Origin: Macrostomum lignano
Lineage: Eukaryota
Length of the DNA: 64,000 nucleotides
Direction of reading: 5' to 3'
NCBI GenBank assembly: GCA_002269645.1
Contig: NIVC01002748.1
Span: 16,418-80,417 of the forward strand
Made by a program: the position numbers and the translations under genes. Positions 13,801 through 33,342 of this stretch are shown in pieces. The notes under the pieces were generated by a model. The model was not told where the DNA came from and searched no databases. It saw only the letters and a program-made list of their open reading frames with translations. Numbering within the stretch: position 1 is the first letter of the stretch; every line of letters starts with the position of its first letter.

Positions 13801-14283
13801 TTACTGCTTGTCTACGTAGTAATTTGAAGTTCAGCCAAATTCTACTACTCCTCTTTCTCTACTTAGCTTGTCTGTCTTCTACGCTCGTAATTGCAGGGAA
13901 ATTTCTAGAAGCTTTCAGTAGGATGTCGATTGGTTTTTAAAGCTGGTGAGGCTGTCAGATAGCCAAGGTAGTCCGGGAGTGAGACTGCTTTTCTCCCAAA
14001 GCTAACAAGTCAGTTCAAACAAGTCTTTTACATCGGTATTCGTCTTTTAACCCGTGGTCCCCATGATTTCAACTCGCGTTCTCACACCCGACAGCAATTT
14101 CCTGCTGTTCCGGTTGCCAGGAGCAACAACAGCTCAAAAATAGAGAAGATTGCAAAGTCAATAAGCAGGCAAATCAGCAGCAATGATCTTACACTAGTTT
14201 CATGGACGCAGCTATAAATGAAAGCCACCCTGAAAATCAAATACACCTCTGGCTTGCGCGGTAATTGTGACTCTGCATGCAAA

Positions 14284-17075
14284 ATGCTGGCCCTATTCTC
14301 TGCTCTGCTGCTCATCCACTGCATCTCTGGTAAGTTGAGAAGTCTTCATTTGTCATAAAAATAGCTAAAAAAGAACGATTGTAGAACGGCAACGCTTAGA
14401 ATACGCGCACTTGCGTGTTTCTGAACGAATTTCGCAAGGCTTTGCGTTTTGTGCGTTATGTGAATGTGGTTTGGCCATAGACAAGCTGAGTCGAGAAATC
14501 TATAAAATCCGTCTAGACAAAGACACACTACAGAGACGGGCTCAGCTAAAATCTCGTCACAACTTTGCTTGCTTATCAGTCTCAGGTAGCATTCGATGAA
14601 AAATAGCTTGATGAACTTTTATTGTCCATGGCACTTGGGGTGAACTGAAGAATGTGCAGAGTTACTTGGCTTGCTCAGTGACACAAATTGTTCTGAGTGA
14701 GTCGAGAATCGAACCCCCGACTGCATAGAATAATACCGGTGCATGTGCGCAACTGTGATATACCAATCCTGAAGCAGAAAATTAAAACAAAAAATTACCC
14801 GAAATTCGCCACTTTGAATTTTGAAATTTTATTGAAAACTAAAATTTGCTTCAACTACCTTTAGGAATTTCTCTGTTTCTTAAGAAAGGCATCGACTTTT
14901 TGTTCCTAAGCAGCATTGGTGGGCCTTTCCGTCGTTTCCACGCTTAACGACTTCGAATTCGCATATTTAAACTACGCTCACTTTTCCGCAGCCTCGGCCG
15001 ATTTCGAAGCTGTGCCGCAGACAACCTGCGCCTGCGTGGACTCCCGCTCTTCCATCACCGTCTCAAAGTCCGACTGCGTGTTGCAATGCCTGGCCAGTCC
15101 GACCTGCCGCTCGTTTCGATTCAACGACTCCACATCGGAGTGCGAGATGTCAACTAGCCGGGATGGCTGCTTCAACTACCTACCGGAGAATTCCACCTTG
15201 TACCGAAAATTTGGTAAAATTGTTTACACTTGTACATTTATACTTTGAACTCGTGAATGGCTGAAGCAGCAGGACGTCGAAATACAACTCCAAATAAATA
15301 GGTTTCTGTAGTCTATGGCCCGGGTCCAAGTGGGGAATAAATAGGTTTCTGTAGTCTATGGCCCGAGTCCCAGTGGGGAATAAATAGGTTTCTGTAGTCT
15401 ATGGCCCGGGTCCCAGTGGGGAATAAATAGGTTTCTGTAGTCTATGGACGGGCCCGAATAAATAGGTTTCTGTAGTCTATGGCCGGGTCCAAGTGGGGAA
15501 TAAATAGGTTTCTGTAGTCTATGGCCGGGTCCAAGTGGGGAATAAATAGGTTTCTGTAGTCTATGGCCGGGTCCAAGTGGGGAATAAATAGGTTTCTGTA
15601 GTCTATGGCCGGGTCCAAGTGGGGAATAAATAGGTTTCTGTAGTCTATGGCCCGGGTCCCAGTGGGGAATAAATAGGTTTCTGTAGTCTATGGCCGGGCC
15701 CAAATGTTCCTTGGAAAAGTGCGCAAATTTCTCCGAAAAACACTAGCAGACGGCCAAATGAATTTAGTGCCACTCACTATTGAAGCGGGTCATCCGTGTG
15801 CTTTATTCTGTTTCCATCTATGATTTAAAAATCTATTTTCTCAGGATCCGAGCCCACGAATTCGACCAAGTGCTTGGTGCAGAAACGCTATAATAGCGCC
15901 GTGAGCTTCGAGCGAAGCTGGTCTGACTACGTCAATGGATTCGGCGACAAAACGAATTTCTGGCTAGGTGAGAGTTGTCACGAGGAATTGCTCTTCTCTT
16001 CTTATTGCCTCGAGATTTGAAATTGTCTGTATAGATTTTCAAAGTATTTGTAGTTACATCGCAAGCAATGTAAGAAGCTTCATCACAGACCAATGAACCA
16101 CATTTATTGCGTCCAACAGCATGCTTTAACTGCCTTAAATGGATAAATTTGGATGTTGGGTACCGGTTATCAGGTATCGGGTATTGGGCATCGGGAATCG
16201 GGTACAGGGAATCGGGTACAGGGTATCCGGTACAGGGTATCGGATACAGGGTATCGGCCGGGTATCAAGTATCGAGTAAAAAGTATTGGGTATCGGGTTT
16301 TTGGTATCGGGTGTTGGGTATCGCCGGTATCGGGTTTTAGGTATCGGGTGTTGGGTATTGGGTATTGAGTATCGAATAAAGGGTATTGGGTATCGGGTTT
16401 TAGGTATCGGGTATCGAGTACAGTGTATCGGGTATCGGGTACAGAGTATTGGGTATCGGGTACCGCGTTTTAGGTATCGGGTATCGGGTATCGGGTATCG
16501 AGTGCAGGGTATCGGGTATCGGGTATCGGGTATCGGGTATCGAGTGCAGGGTATCGGGTATCGGGTATCGGGTATCGGGTATCGGGTATCGGGTATCGGG
16601 TACTCAGTAGCAGCAATTCAGCATGGCCGATCGCCGCACCGCAGGGCTGGACAGACTCCATCTGCTGACAAGTGGAAATGTGAGCGTGACGATGTCCGTT
16701 CAGAGCGGTATTGACGGAAAATATTACAAATGCAAGTACCTCGACTTCACCGTGAAGGGCCCAACTGAAGGGTACGCCATGAACTACTCCAAGTACCAAA
16801 AGGGCTCCGTCAATTTCGGAGACTCAATGCTGGCCAGCCGAGGTGCCGAGTTCGCCACCTTCGATTTTCCAGTGGGCTCGCCAGGCCAGGCCTGCTCGCA
16901 GGCTTACGGCAACAGCGGCTGGTGGTTCGGCACCGGAGACAACTGCAGCGAGGCCAATCCCAATGGCATTTTCGATCGTAATGGCGATATTGGCGACATC
17001 CAGTACATGGGCTGGTTCGGCGCCACGGGCCAGTGGGAGCCGCTGCAAATGTCCCAGATCTATCTACACTTTTAA
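14284..17075 (+). CDS. Secreted PAN/apple + fibrinogen-related domain (FReD) protein, about 299 aa
   Basis: Exons 14284-14329 (signal peptide MLALFSALLLIHCIS), 14914-15213 (PAN-like CVLQCLASPTCRSFRFN..SECEMS), 15845-15967 (VQKRYNSAVSFERSWSDYVNGFG...NFWLG), 16645-17075 (GLDRLHLLT ... GWWF...CSEANPNG). Total 900 nt, all phases compatible. Confidence 0.9.
14640..14760 (-). mobile_element. Possible relic of a different tRNA-SINE
   Basis: GAGAATCGAACC at 14704-14715 reads as a B box (GGTTCGATTCTC) on the minus strand, inside intron 1 of the FReD gene. No second copy in the window. Confidence 0.3.
15295..15702. repeat. 42-43-bp minisatellite
   Basis: ATAAATAGGTTTCTGTAGTCTATGGCCGGGTCCAAGTGGGGA; FReD intron 2. 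Confidence 0.93.
16155..16600. repeat. 7-bp G-rich repeat (GGGTATC)n
   Basis: FReD intron 3; degenerate at the 5' end and purer at the 3' end. Confidence 0.93.
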
Positions 17076-17414
17076 TTCACTTTTAGCTTAAAGCCATCGC
17101 GGCCGATTTCGGCAGAAGGATTGGAAAATCCGTTTCTAAGAAAATTAATCAAAAATTTGCATGTAAACTACTTCTGTTCAGTAGAAAGTTGAAGTGAAGA
17201 ATTTTTTATGTATTTCACGAGCTGGGACAAAACTCGCCGTTAAGTATACATAATCTAGGATATTCGAAACTTCTTGTGAACTATAAGATATTATATGACT
17301 TCTGTATTGCTAATAAGATAACCCTGAAAAATCTATGAATCTAAAAATCTAAAATATTTGGAGTTCCTATCTCGGTAAATGTTTTTTGGGCAAAGTCTAC
17401 TGTCGCAATGTGAT

Positions 17415-18165
17415 TTGAGCACACTAAATGATACTCTATGTTATTTTGAGCACACTAAATGATACTCTCATGTTATTTTGAGCACACTAAATGATACTCT
17501 CATGTTATTTTGAGCACACTAAATGATACTCTCATGTTATTTTGAGCACATTAAATGATACTCTATGTTATTTTGAGCACACTAAATGATACTTTCATGT
17601 TATTTTGAGCCCACTAAATGATACTCTCATGTTATTTTGAGCACACTAAATGATACTCTCATGTTATTTTGAGCACACTAAATGATACTCTATGTTATTT
17701 TGAGCACACTAAATGATACTTTATGTTATTTTGAGCACACTAAATGATACTCTCATGTTATTTTGAGCACACTAAATGATACTTTCATGTTATTTTGAGC
17801 ACACTAAATGATACTCTCATGTTATTTTGAGCACACTAAATGATACTCTCATGTTATTTTGAGCCCACTAAATGATACTCTCATGTTATTTTGAGCACAC
17901 TAAATGATACTCTCATGTTATTTTGAGCACACTAAATGATACTCTATGTTATTTTGAGCACACTAAATGATACTCTCATGTTATTTTGAGCACACTAAAT
18001 AATACTCTCATGTTATTTTGAGCACACTAAATGATACTCTTATGTTGCTATTTTGAGCACACTAAATGATACTCTCATGTTATTTTGAGCACACTAAATG
18101 ATACTCTCATGTTATTTTGAGCACACTAAATGATACTCTTATGTTGCTATTTTGAGCACACCAAA
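17415..18165. repeat. 32-bp AT-rich minisatellite
   Basis: TTATTTTGAGCACACTAAATGATACTCTCATG, about 23 copies, between the convergent FReD and minus-strand genes. Confidence 0.95.
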
Positions 18166-18455
18166 TGGTTAATAAGATAATTAAAGGTGGGCAGTCAACC
18201 CGGGTCCAGAGATGAGGCAAGCAGCCATGGCCATTCCCCTGACCCCTGAGCATGCACAAGCATGACTCATAATCAGCGGCTTCTCATAATCAGTCAGCTC
18301 AGATACGTACACACTCAAAAAATTTAATTGCAAATTGCCTTCTGGACTTTGAAACCGAGTGCAAATAAGAGCTCCCGAATGGGTTTGTGTATGTATTTTT
18401 CACTTCAAGACGCAACTGAAATCCAATTCAAAAAGAGATGCAAAGTAAAACAAAA

Positions 18456-25077
<6,622 letters not shown>

Positions 25078-25324
25078 CTGACTAGCTGACTAGCTGACTA
25101 GATGCTTAGCGCCGCGCTCGAACGGAATGAAAACTCGAACTCAGCTTAGCGAACTGAGCTGCCGTAGCTCCGTTGGACCCCAGGGACCATAGACACAGAA
25201 GTTTCTAAAAATAGAGCTTTTGCAAGTAACTACTTCTCTGAAGTAGCAATCAGCGCACACCCCCTTCGAGAAGCCAACAAAGAATGGAATAATTTTTTTG
25301 AATAAACTACATGTAGCTTCTGAC

Positions 25325-26385
25325 GTCAGCCTTGGCATCTCAGCAACTCTCTCATCAGCCTTGGCATCTCAGCAACTCTCTCATCAGCCTTGGCATCTCA
25401 GCAACTCTCTCATCAGCCTTGGCATCTCAGCAACTCCCTCATCAGCCTTGGCATCTCAGCAACTCTCTCATCAGCCTTGGCATCTCAGCAACTCTCTCAT
25501 CAGCCTTGGCATCTCAGCAACTCTCTCATCAGCCTTGGCATCTCAGCAACTCTCTCATCAGCCTTGGCATCTCAGCAACTCCCTCATCAGCCTTGGCATC
25601 TCAGCAACTCTCTCATCAGCCTTGGCATCTCAGCAACTCTCTCATCAGCCTTGGCATCTCAGCAACTCTCTCATCAGCCTTGGCATCTCAGCAACTCTCT
25701 CATCAGCCTTGGCATCTCAGCAACTCCCTCTCATCAGCCTTGGCATCTCAGCAACTCTCTCTCATCAGCCTTGGCATCTCAGCAACTCCCTCTCATCAGC
25801 CTTGGCATCTCAGCAACTCTCTCTCATCAGCCTTGGCATCTCAGCAACTCCCTCATCAGCCTTGGCATCTCAGCAACTCTCTCATCAGCCTTGGCATCTC
25901 AGCAACTCTCTCTCATCAGCCTTGGCATCTCAGCAACTCCCTCATCAGCCTTGGAATCTCAGCAACTCCCTCATCAGCCTTGGCATCTCAGCAACTCCCT
26001 CATCAGCCTTGGCATCTCAGCAACTCTCTCATCAGCCTTGGCATCTCAGCAACTCCCTCATCAGCCTTGGCATCTCAGCAACTCTCTCTCATCTGCCTTG
26101 GCATCTCAGCAACTCCCTCATCAGCCTTGGAATCTCAGCAACTCCCTCATCAGCCTTGGCATCTCAGCAACTCCCTCATCAGCCTTGGCATCTCAGCAAC
26201 TCTCTCATCAGCCTTGGCATCTCAGCAACTCCCTCATCAGCCTTGGCATCTCAGCAACTCTCTCTCATCTGCCTTGGCATCTCAGCAATTCCCTCATCAG
26301 CCTTGGCATCTCAGCAATTCCCTCATCAGCCTTGGCATCTCAGCAATTCCCTCATAAGCCTTGGCATCTCAGCAACTCCCCCTGC
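25325..26385. repeat. 29/31-bp minisatellite
   Basis: CAGCCTTGGCATCTCAGCAACTCTCTCAT, about 36 copies. Confidence 0.95.
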
Positions 26386-26391
26386 AAGCAA

Positions 26392-26660
26392 TTCCGCCCA
26401 TTCCGCTGACTCGTGAGCGCAAAGAAGCCCGCCAATACTGTACACATGGACTTGACACACACGCTCACACAGGGTGTACAGCGGCCCTGACTTCCTAATC
26501 ATCCGGTATGTACACTCTCTGTGACTTTGGGGTTGATCCTCATGGGCGGTGAATCGCAAGACATCCCCCAGGGGCCAACTTTCGTGCACACACAGCCCCG
26601 AATGAGTGCTGCCGCTCACGGAATCGAACCAGGGGTCTTGGCGCGGTAGTTTTCCGCTCT
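26392..26660 (-). mobile_element. tRNA-derived SINE, second diverged copy
   Basis: Shares GCCCATTCCGCYGACTC, CTCACACAGGRTGTACAGCGGCCCTRACTT, GGYATGTACACT and CTTTGGGGTTG with the 20441 copy. B box GGTTCGATTCC on the minus strand near 26620-26630. Confidence 0.65.
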
Positions 26661-28127
26661 GCAATTTTTGGTTTCCGCAAATAAATAAGTGCGATTTACT
26701 CCTGAATACTACTAGTTGTAAGTAGCTCAAATGCATACAGTCCGATTCGTTCCTGCCCTGTCAATCAAGCTGCAGTATCATCATCAAGTGCCAGATGACA
26801 GTGCCAGCTTCTGCAGCAACCACTCACCGATGCGGATGCGCCCTGCCGGAATTGGTAATCAGATCAGAGCGCACGCGAATAAACAAACCTGCCGCCGACA
26901 CATTGATAATTCCGCGCGCTGCACGCATCGAAAGTGCTGCTGACAGAAAGACAACGGAAAGGAATGCCCGGAATGCGGATGGAAGCAGCTTCTGCTTCTT
27001 TCTTCTTTGCTTGTTGCAGAAATTCTTTTGCGGAATTCCTTTACGCTCGCAGTTCGGGTCGAAGCGAGAGAGAACGAGTCCCACCCCAAAGCTCTTTAGT
27101 GTCCTTTTTCTGTCCTCCCACATCCGCCACTCTGTATAGCCAGACAAATCGCCGTTACTGCGGAAAATATGTTTTTTCGCCTGTTTTTTTGCCCGCCACC
27201 AGCCCGCTCTCTACAGCCTGTTGACGGCTTCAATGATCGATGCCGCCCTCTCTGCCGGGAGAGGTCGCCAACATTGCAGATTGAAGTGATCTGGACTGTG
27301 CTGTCCTGCCGGCCCTCCTAAACAGAAACCAAGCACTCTAGCGTGCCTGGAATGCGGGGCGGGGGTTGGGGCGCATCGGGTTTGACCCTCGCTGACTTCG
27401 GCCTGAGGTCAGGACCTTGGCTGGCATGCCTTTTCGCCGAATTTTTTTTAGGCGAGAATTTGGCAATAGGGAAATGCAAGACGGAAATCCGAAAGAGGGG
27501 GAGGGAGAAGTGGCGCTTCACTGATGCCGAACACACGCGCACCTCGCCGGGATTCCTGGGGCCAGGCTGGCCTTGTTAATCCGGCCATCCCAATGGACAC
27601 CTGATCGCGCGGCTACCTCAAGCAAAAACAACACTTTCAGCGGCTGAGGCGTTTAAATTGCCACCCATCGAGGCCCGCGAAGGAGTGGGCGGCGGAGGTG
27701 GGAGGTGGGAGGAGGTGGGCCTGGCCTGGATAGCTCGTACTCTCCGCTTGTTGCTTCCCTCTTGCTTGCTAATCTTGTGGATGTGCAGGATTTGTTTTTG
27801 ACAAACTGGCTTATTTTGAGTGCTGCAGGAGCGACCCAGCGCTCGCTTGCTTTTAAAAAATTCAGCAGGTATTCGTTCGATGGAGTAAAGTTCCTTGTTA
27901 AGAACAAAATTTATTCCCCATTTCCGAAGCGAATATTCACTCAATTCCAGTGGGACTTGGCTGAAAAATATTATTGCCGTTCGGTCTGCCTCGGAGTCCC
28001 GCTTGATGAGCTGCAACTTGCTTCCGAAAATTCTACCCCACTGGGCGCTTCATCCTTCTTAACTGCTACTTGATTATTTCAGTAAATTCTAGGGATTTAG
28101 TTTGTACTTTCACTTAATAGTGTTACT

Positions 28128-28850
28128 GCAGCTAGCACCTGTGCCACTCCAGACAGCACCTGTGCCACTCCAGCTAGCACCTGTGCCACTCCAGCTAGCA
28201 CCTGTGTCACTACAGCTAGCACCTGTGTCACTCCAGCTAGCACCTGTGTCACTCCAGCTAGCACCTGTGTCACTCCAGCTAGCCCCTGTGCCACTCCAGC
28301 TAGCCCCTGTGCCACTCCAGCTAGCACCTGTGCCACTCCAGCTAGCACCTGTGTCACTCCAGCTAGCCCCTGTGTCACTCCAGCTAGCCCCTGTGCCACT
28401 CCAGCTAGCCCCTGTGCCACTCCAGCTAGCACCTGTGTCACTCCAGCTAGCACCTGTGCCACTCCAGCTAGCACCTGTGTCACTCCAGCTAGCCCCTGTG
28501 TCACTCCAGCTAGCACCTGTGTCACTCCAGCTAGCACCTGTGTCACTCCAGCTAGCACCTGTGTCACTCCAGACAGCACCTGTGCCACTCCAACCAGCAC
28601 CTGTGCCACTCCAACCAGCACCTGTGCCACTCCAACCAGCACCTGTGCCACTCCAGACAGCACCTGTGTCACTCCAGCTAGCACTTGTGCCACTCCAGCT
28701 AGCACCTGTGCCACTCCAACCAGCACCTGTGCCACTCCAACCAGCACCTGTGCCACTCCAACCAGCACCTGTGCCACTCCAGACAGCACCTGTGCCACTC
28801 CAGACAGCACCTGTGCCACTCCAACCAGCACCTGTGCCACTCCAGCCAAC
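28128..28850. repeat. 21-bp minisatellite
   Basis: CAGCTAGCACCTGTGCCACTC, about 34 copies. Confidence 0.95.
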
Positions 28851-29167
28851 AACTGCAACCTACATTTTTCCAATTTTTTTCCGCACAGACTTCAGGAATC
28901 CTTTCAAAATATTTCAAAATCGCTCCAATCATGAACAATTTAAGCACCTGTTGATTAGCAATTTGGGAAAAGTAATTAGCCAGCCCGGGATTAGAGCGGA
29001 CTCAGATGCTTGAACACGAAGACACAAGAGCTCTATAGATAAATTAGCACGCAACAGCATTTCCAAGGCTTCACAGATTACCAAAAAAATTTCTTCAGCA
29101 AAAAGACGCAGAAAATGAGAAAGCAAATCAATGGAAGCCATCTCTAAGGTAATTAAGGGTGTCCCAG

Positions 29168-29175
29168 TATAAAAG
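29168..29175 (+). promoter_or_regulatory. TATA box of the secreted peptide gene
   Basis: TATAAAAG about 90 nt upstream of the 5'UTR splice donor at 29258. Confidence 0.5.
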
Positions 29176-29345
29176 ATCGAACAGCCGGGCAATCATCGAT
29201 GCCACACATTCCTCCTTCCGTTGCACAGACGAATTTCAAAACTCAAGCAATACTCGGGTAAGTAAAGGAAACGATATTAACTTTTATTCTGCTGTCTGTC
29301 AAGTTGCACAATAATTCTTGGATTTATGCTTTTCAGTAGTCGCCA

Positions 29346-29669
29346 ATGTCGAAGGCTTGCCAACTTCTCCTAGCGGTCAGCTGCTGCGTGGCCGCCTGCC
29401 TGCTGACGGACAGCCGGGCCGATGGCTTCATCGTGTCCTCGCCGAGCGGCAACAGCAACGGCGGGCATCGGTACCAGCGGCCGAGGAAGTCCTTCGAGCA
29501 GCCGGCGGCGGCGGCCGAGTGCAAAGCCGCCCGCTTCGGCCAACTGGTGGCCGAGTTCCGGACTGTCCGAGAGGCCTACCTGAGCCTGCTGGCCGAGTTG
29601 ACTGCCTGCACGGAGGAGCTGCGGTACAAACTGGTGGCAGCCCCGCCAGGGAGCTCCAACATGGACTGA
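29346..29669 (+). CDS. Small secreted protein / putative neuropeptide or hormone precursor, 107 aa
   Basis: ATG ORF with an N-terminal hydrophobic signal (LLLAVSCCVAACLL) and GC-rich coding style. A 5'UTR GT-AG intron lies at 29258-29336, TATAAAAG at 29168 and AATAAA at 29736. Confidence 0.75.
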   Translation: MSKACQLLLAVSCCVAACLLTDSRADGFIVSSPSGNSNGGHRYQRPRKSFEQPAAAAECKAARFGQLVAEFRTVREAYLSLLAELTACTEELRYKLVAAPPGSSNMD

Positions 29670-29735
29670 CTGGACAGTTGAGCTGACCTGATAGGGATGG
29701 CTCCCAGTTGGCGAAATTCAACACTGATCAGTTAA

Positions 29736-29741
29736 AATAAA
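29736..29741 (+). terminator. Polyadenylation signal AATAAA
   Basis: AATAAA 67 nt after the TGA of ORF 29346-29669. Confidence 0.5.
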
Positions 29742-30054
29742 GCTACTACTTATGACGCATACTACTACTCGTTGGCTTGTTTATTTCGCTGGGATTATGT
29801 TATTGAGGCTGTGGGCTTGTTTTACCTGAAGGAAAGGATCTTCGCTGGATTCAGTGGCAATTTCAGAATCTTCATTGGTCTTTCATGATCTGCAGTTACC
29901 TGTGCCTGATGGTCTCTAGGGCATGGCTACCTCATGCTCTTCATCCGGTGCCTCATGACCATTAGTGGTCCTTCATTTATCATCACTGGTTATTCTTGAT
30001 ATTTCGTGGTCCCTTGTAGTATGGTATTCATGATTCGTTTATTATCCAGAGTGG

Positions 30055-31955
30055 TAGATCATGATCCTCAGTGGTCTGTCATGATCCTCAGTGGTCTGTC
30101 ATGATCCTCAGTGGTCTGTCATGATCCTCAGTGGTCTGCCATGATCCTCAGTGGTCTGCCATGATCCTCAGTGGTCTGTCATGATCCTCAGTGGTCTGCC
30201 ATGATCCTCAGTGGTCTGTCATGATCCTCAGTGGTCTGTCATGATCCTCAGTGGTCTGTCATGATCCTTAGTGGTGTGTCATGATCCTCAGTGGTCTGTC
30301 ATGATCCTCAGTGGTCTGTCATGATCCTCAGTGGTCTGTCATGATCCTCAGTGGTCTGTCATGATCCTCAGTGGTCTGTCATGATCCTTAGTGGTCTGTC
30401 ATGATCCTTAGTGGTCTGTCATGATCATCAGTGGTCTGTCATGATCCTCAGTGGTCTGTCATGATCCTCAGTGGTCTGTCATGATCCTCAGTGGTCTGTC
30501 ATGATCCTCAGTGGTCTGTCATGATCCTCAGTGGTGTGTCATGATCCTCAGTGGTCTGTCATGATCCTCAGTGGTCTGTCATGATCCTCAGTGGTGTGTC
30601 ATGATCCTCAGTGGTCTGTCATGATCCTCAGTGGTCTGTCATGATCCTCAGTGGTCTGTCATGATCCTCAGTGGTCTGTCATGATCCTCAGTGGTCTGTC
30701 ATGATCCTCAGTGGTCTGTCATGATCCTCAGTGGTCTGTCATGATCCTCAGTGGTGTGTCATGATCCTCAGTGGTCTGTCATGATCCTCAGTGGTCTGTC
30801 ATGATCCTCAGTGGTCTGTCATGATCCTCAGTGGTCTGCCATGATCCTCAGTGGTCTGTCATGATCCTCAGTGGTCTGTCATGATCCTCAGTGGTCTGTC
30901 ATGATCCTCAGTGGTCTGTCATGATCCTCAGTGGTCTGTCATGATCCTCAGTGGTCTGTCATGATCCTCAGTGGTCTGTCATGATCCTCAGTGGTCTGTC
31001 ATGATCCTCAGTGGTCTGTCATGATCCTCAGTGGTCTGTCATGATCCTCAGTGGTCTGCCATGATCCTCAGTGGTCTGTCATGATCCTCAGTGGTCTGTC
31101 ATGATCCTCAGTGGTCTGTCATGATCCTTAGTGGTGTGTCATGATCCTCAGTGGTCTGTCATGATCCTCAGTGGTCTGTCATGATCCTCAGTGGTCTGTC
31201 ATGATCCTCAGTGGTCTGTCATGATCCTCAGTGGTCTGTCATGATCCTTAGTGGTCTGTCATGATCCTTAGTGGTCTGTCATGATCATCAGTGGTCTGTC
31301 ATGATCCTCAGTGGTCTGTCATGATCCTCAGTGGTCTGTCATGATCCTCAGTGGTCTGTCATGATCCTCAGTGGTCTGTCATGATCCTCAGTGGTGTGTC
31401 ATGATCCTCAGTGGTCTGTCATGATCCTCAGTGGTCTGTCATGATCCTCAGTGGTGTGTCATGATCCTCAGTGGTCTGTCATGATCCTCAGTGGTCTGTC
31501 ATGATCCTCAGTGGTCTGTCATGATCCTCAGTGGTCTGTCATGATCCTCAGTGGTGTGTCATGATCCTCAGTGGTCTGTCATGATCCTCAGTGGTCTGTC
31601 ATGATCCTCAGTGGTGTGTCATGATCCTCAGTGGTCTGTCATGATCCTCAGTGGTCTGTCATGATCCTCAGTGGTGTGTCATGATCCTCAGTGGTCTGTC
31701 ATGATCCTCAGTGGTCTGTCATGATCCTCAGTGGTCTGTCATGATCCTCAGTGGTCTGTCATGATCCTCAGTGGTCTGTCATGATCCTCAGTGGTCTGTC
31801 ATGATCCTCAGTGGTCTGTCATGATCCTCAGTGGTCTGTCATGATCCTCAGTGGTCTGTCATGATCCTCAGTGGTCTGTCATGATCCTCAGTGGTCTGTC
31901 ATGATCCTCAGTGGTCTGTCATGATCCTCAGTGGTCTGTCATGATCCTCAGTGGT
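30055..31955. repeat. 20-bp minisatellite with an 860-bp internal duplication
   Basis: ATGATCCTCAGTGGTCTGTC, about 95 copies; variants at 30261/31121, 30381/31241 and 30421/31281. Confidence 0.97.
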
Positions 31956-32524
31956 CGCTCATGCTCTTCAGTGATCCTCTAAAATCTCCGATGGCTCCAG
32001 GCTTCCGTCAAAACCCTGAGGATCCAAAAGTAGGTCGCAGCCTACTACAAGTACTTAATCTTCACCTATCGTGTAGGATCCTTATCTGGCTGCCGCAGGG
32101 CAATTGTTTCCGAGGGGGGGAGAAATCCCATGTGTCTTTGGCTGGGTTGATTGCTGTCATAGCCAATTCCACCAATTTGACTTCGACTTTGGTCGAATAT
32201 TGGATCCGAATGCCCAACCCCATCCCCCGCCCCTGCAGATGTTGCGCATCGCAGGGCAGCATCGTGGGGAATTTCAGCTATGCAAAAGTGCACACAGCTC
32301 TGGGTTGTCTTCGCTAGTCTAGGGGCCAGCCGACCAGATTCTGCAAAATTTGCATTCTAGGAAAACTACATTTCTATCCCGAACTGCTGGTTGACAGTGA
32401 AAACTGCAAATGCAGAATTCTACATCACTATATATAGAATGGCGACATCATAATTGCCTAGTTACTTCTGGGAGCCTTCGAGTCTTATAATCTAATCAAA
32501 TAAGGCTTCTTTATGGGACCTTAT

Positions 32525-32820
32525 CACATTCTGAAATTCCCTATCACATTCTGGGATTCCCTATGACATTCTAGGATTTCCTATGACATTCTGGGATTCC
32601 CTATCACATTCTGGGATTCCCTATCACATTCTGGGATTTCCTATGACATTCTAGGATTTCCCATCACATTCTGAGATTCCCCATCACATTCTGAGATTCC
32701 CCATCACATTCTGAGATTCCCCATCACATTCTGAGATTCCCCATCACATTCTGAGATTCCCCATCACATTCTGAGATTCCCCATCACATTCTGAGATTCC
32801 CCATCACATTCTGAGATTCC
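32525..32820. repeat. 20-bp minisatellite
   Basis: CCATCACATTCTGAGATTCC, about 15 copies. Confidence 0.92.
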
Positions 32821-33342
32821 CCTTTACCCTCAAGAATTCCCTCTTTACCTTCCAGGACAACCTGTTTCATAGTTTGCTTACTTTGTCAGCAGCTATACAA
32901 TTTAAGAGGGCAGCACTAAGTAGGATCCAGCAAATCTAAATATACTAGATCTCTAACCAATTACTAAATGTAAGCGCTATCCTTGATTGAAATCAGCGCT
33001 AAGAAGGTTAAAAAAGAGTTTAGCAAAATTTGACTAAAATCAAAAGCGTAAGATAAGGCGATCTGGATAATACAGTGCGCGATAATTCATTCTTGAGTAG
33101 TTAATCCTTGCTAAGTGCTATACGTGCCGCCAGAGCTGGTTGGTCAATATATACGAGTAGTTAGTGAGTGGGCGAGGCAGCCTTCTGCTCTCAAAGCAAT
33201 CGTTGATATTGTTTCTTTCAGCAATAATTTTCTGAGCCTTGAAAAGAGAAAATACTAATATAGAGTAAAGAGTTAACGTTTTGGTAACATCCGATAAACA
33301 TTCGCTCTAAGGTGTCTTAAATTTGGTCAACTTGAACGCTCC

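Noticed and set aside
26700-28050. Several overlapping short ORFs and splice-like sites upstream of the uncharacterised gene
   Set aside because: They could not be chained into a consistent frame. They may be 5'UTR exons or promoter sequence.
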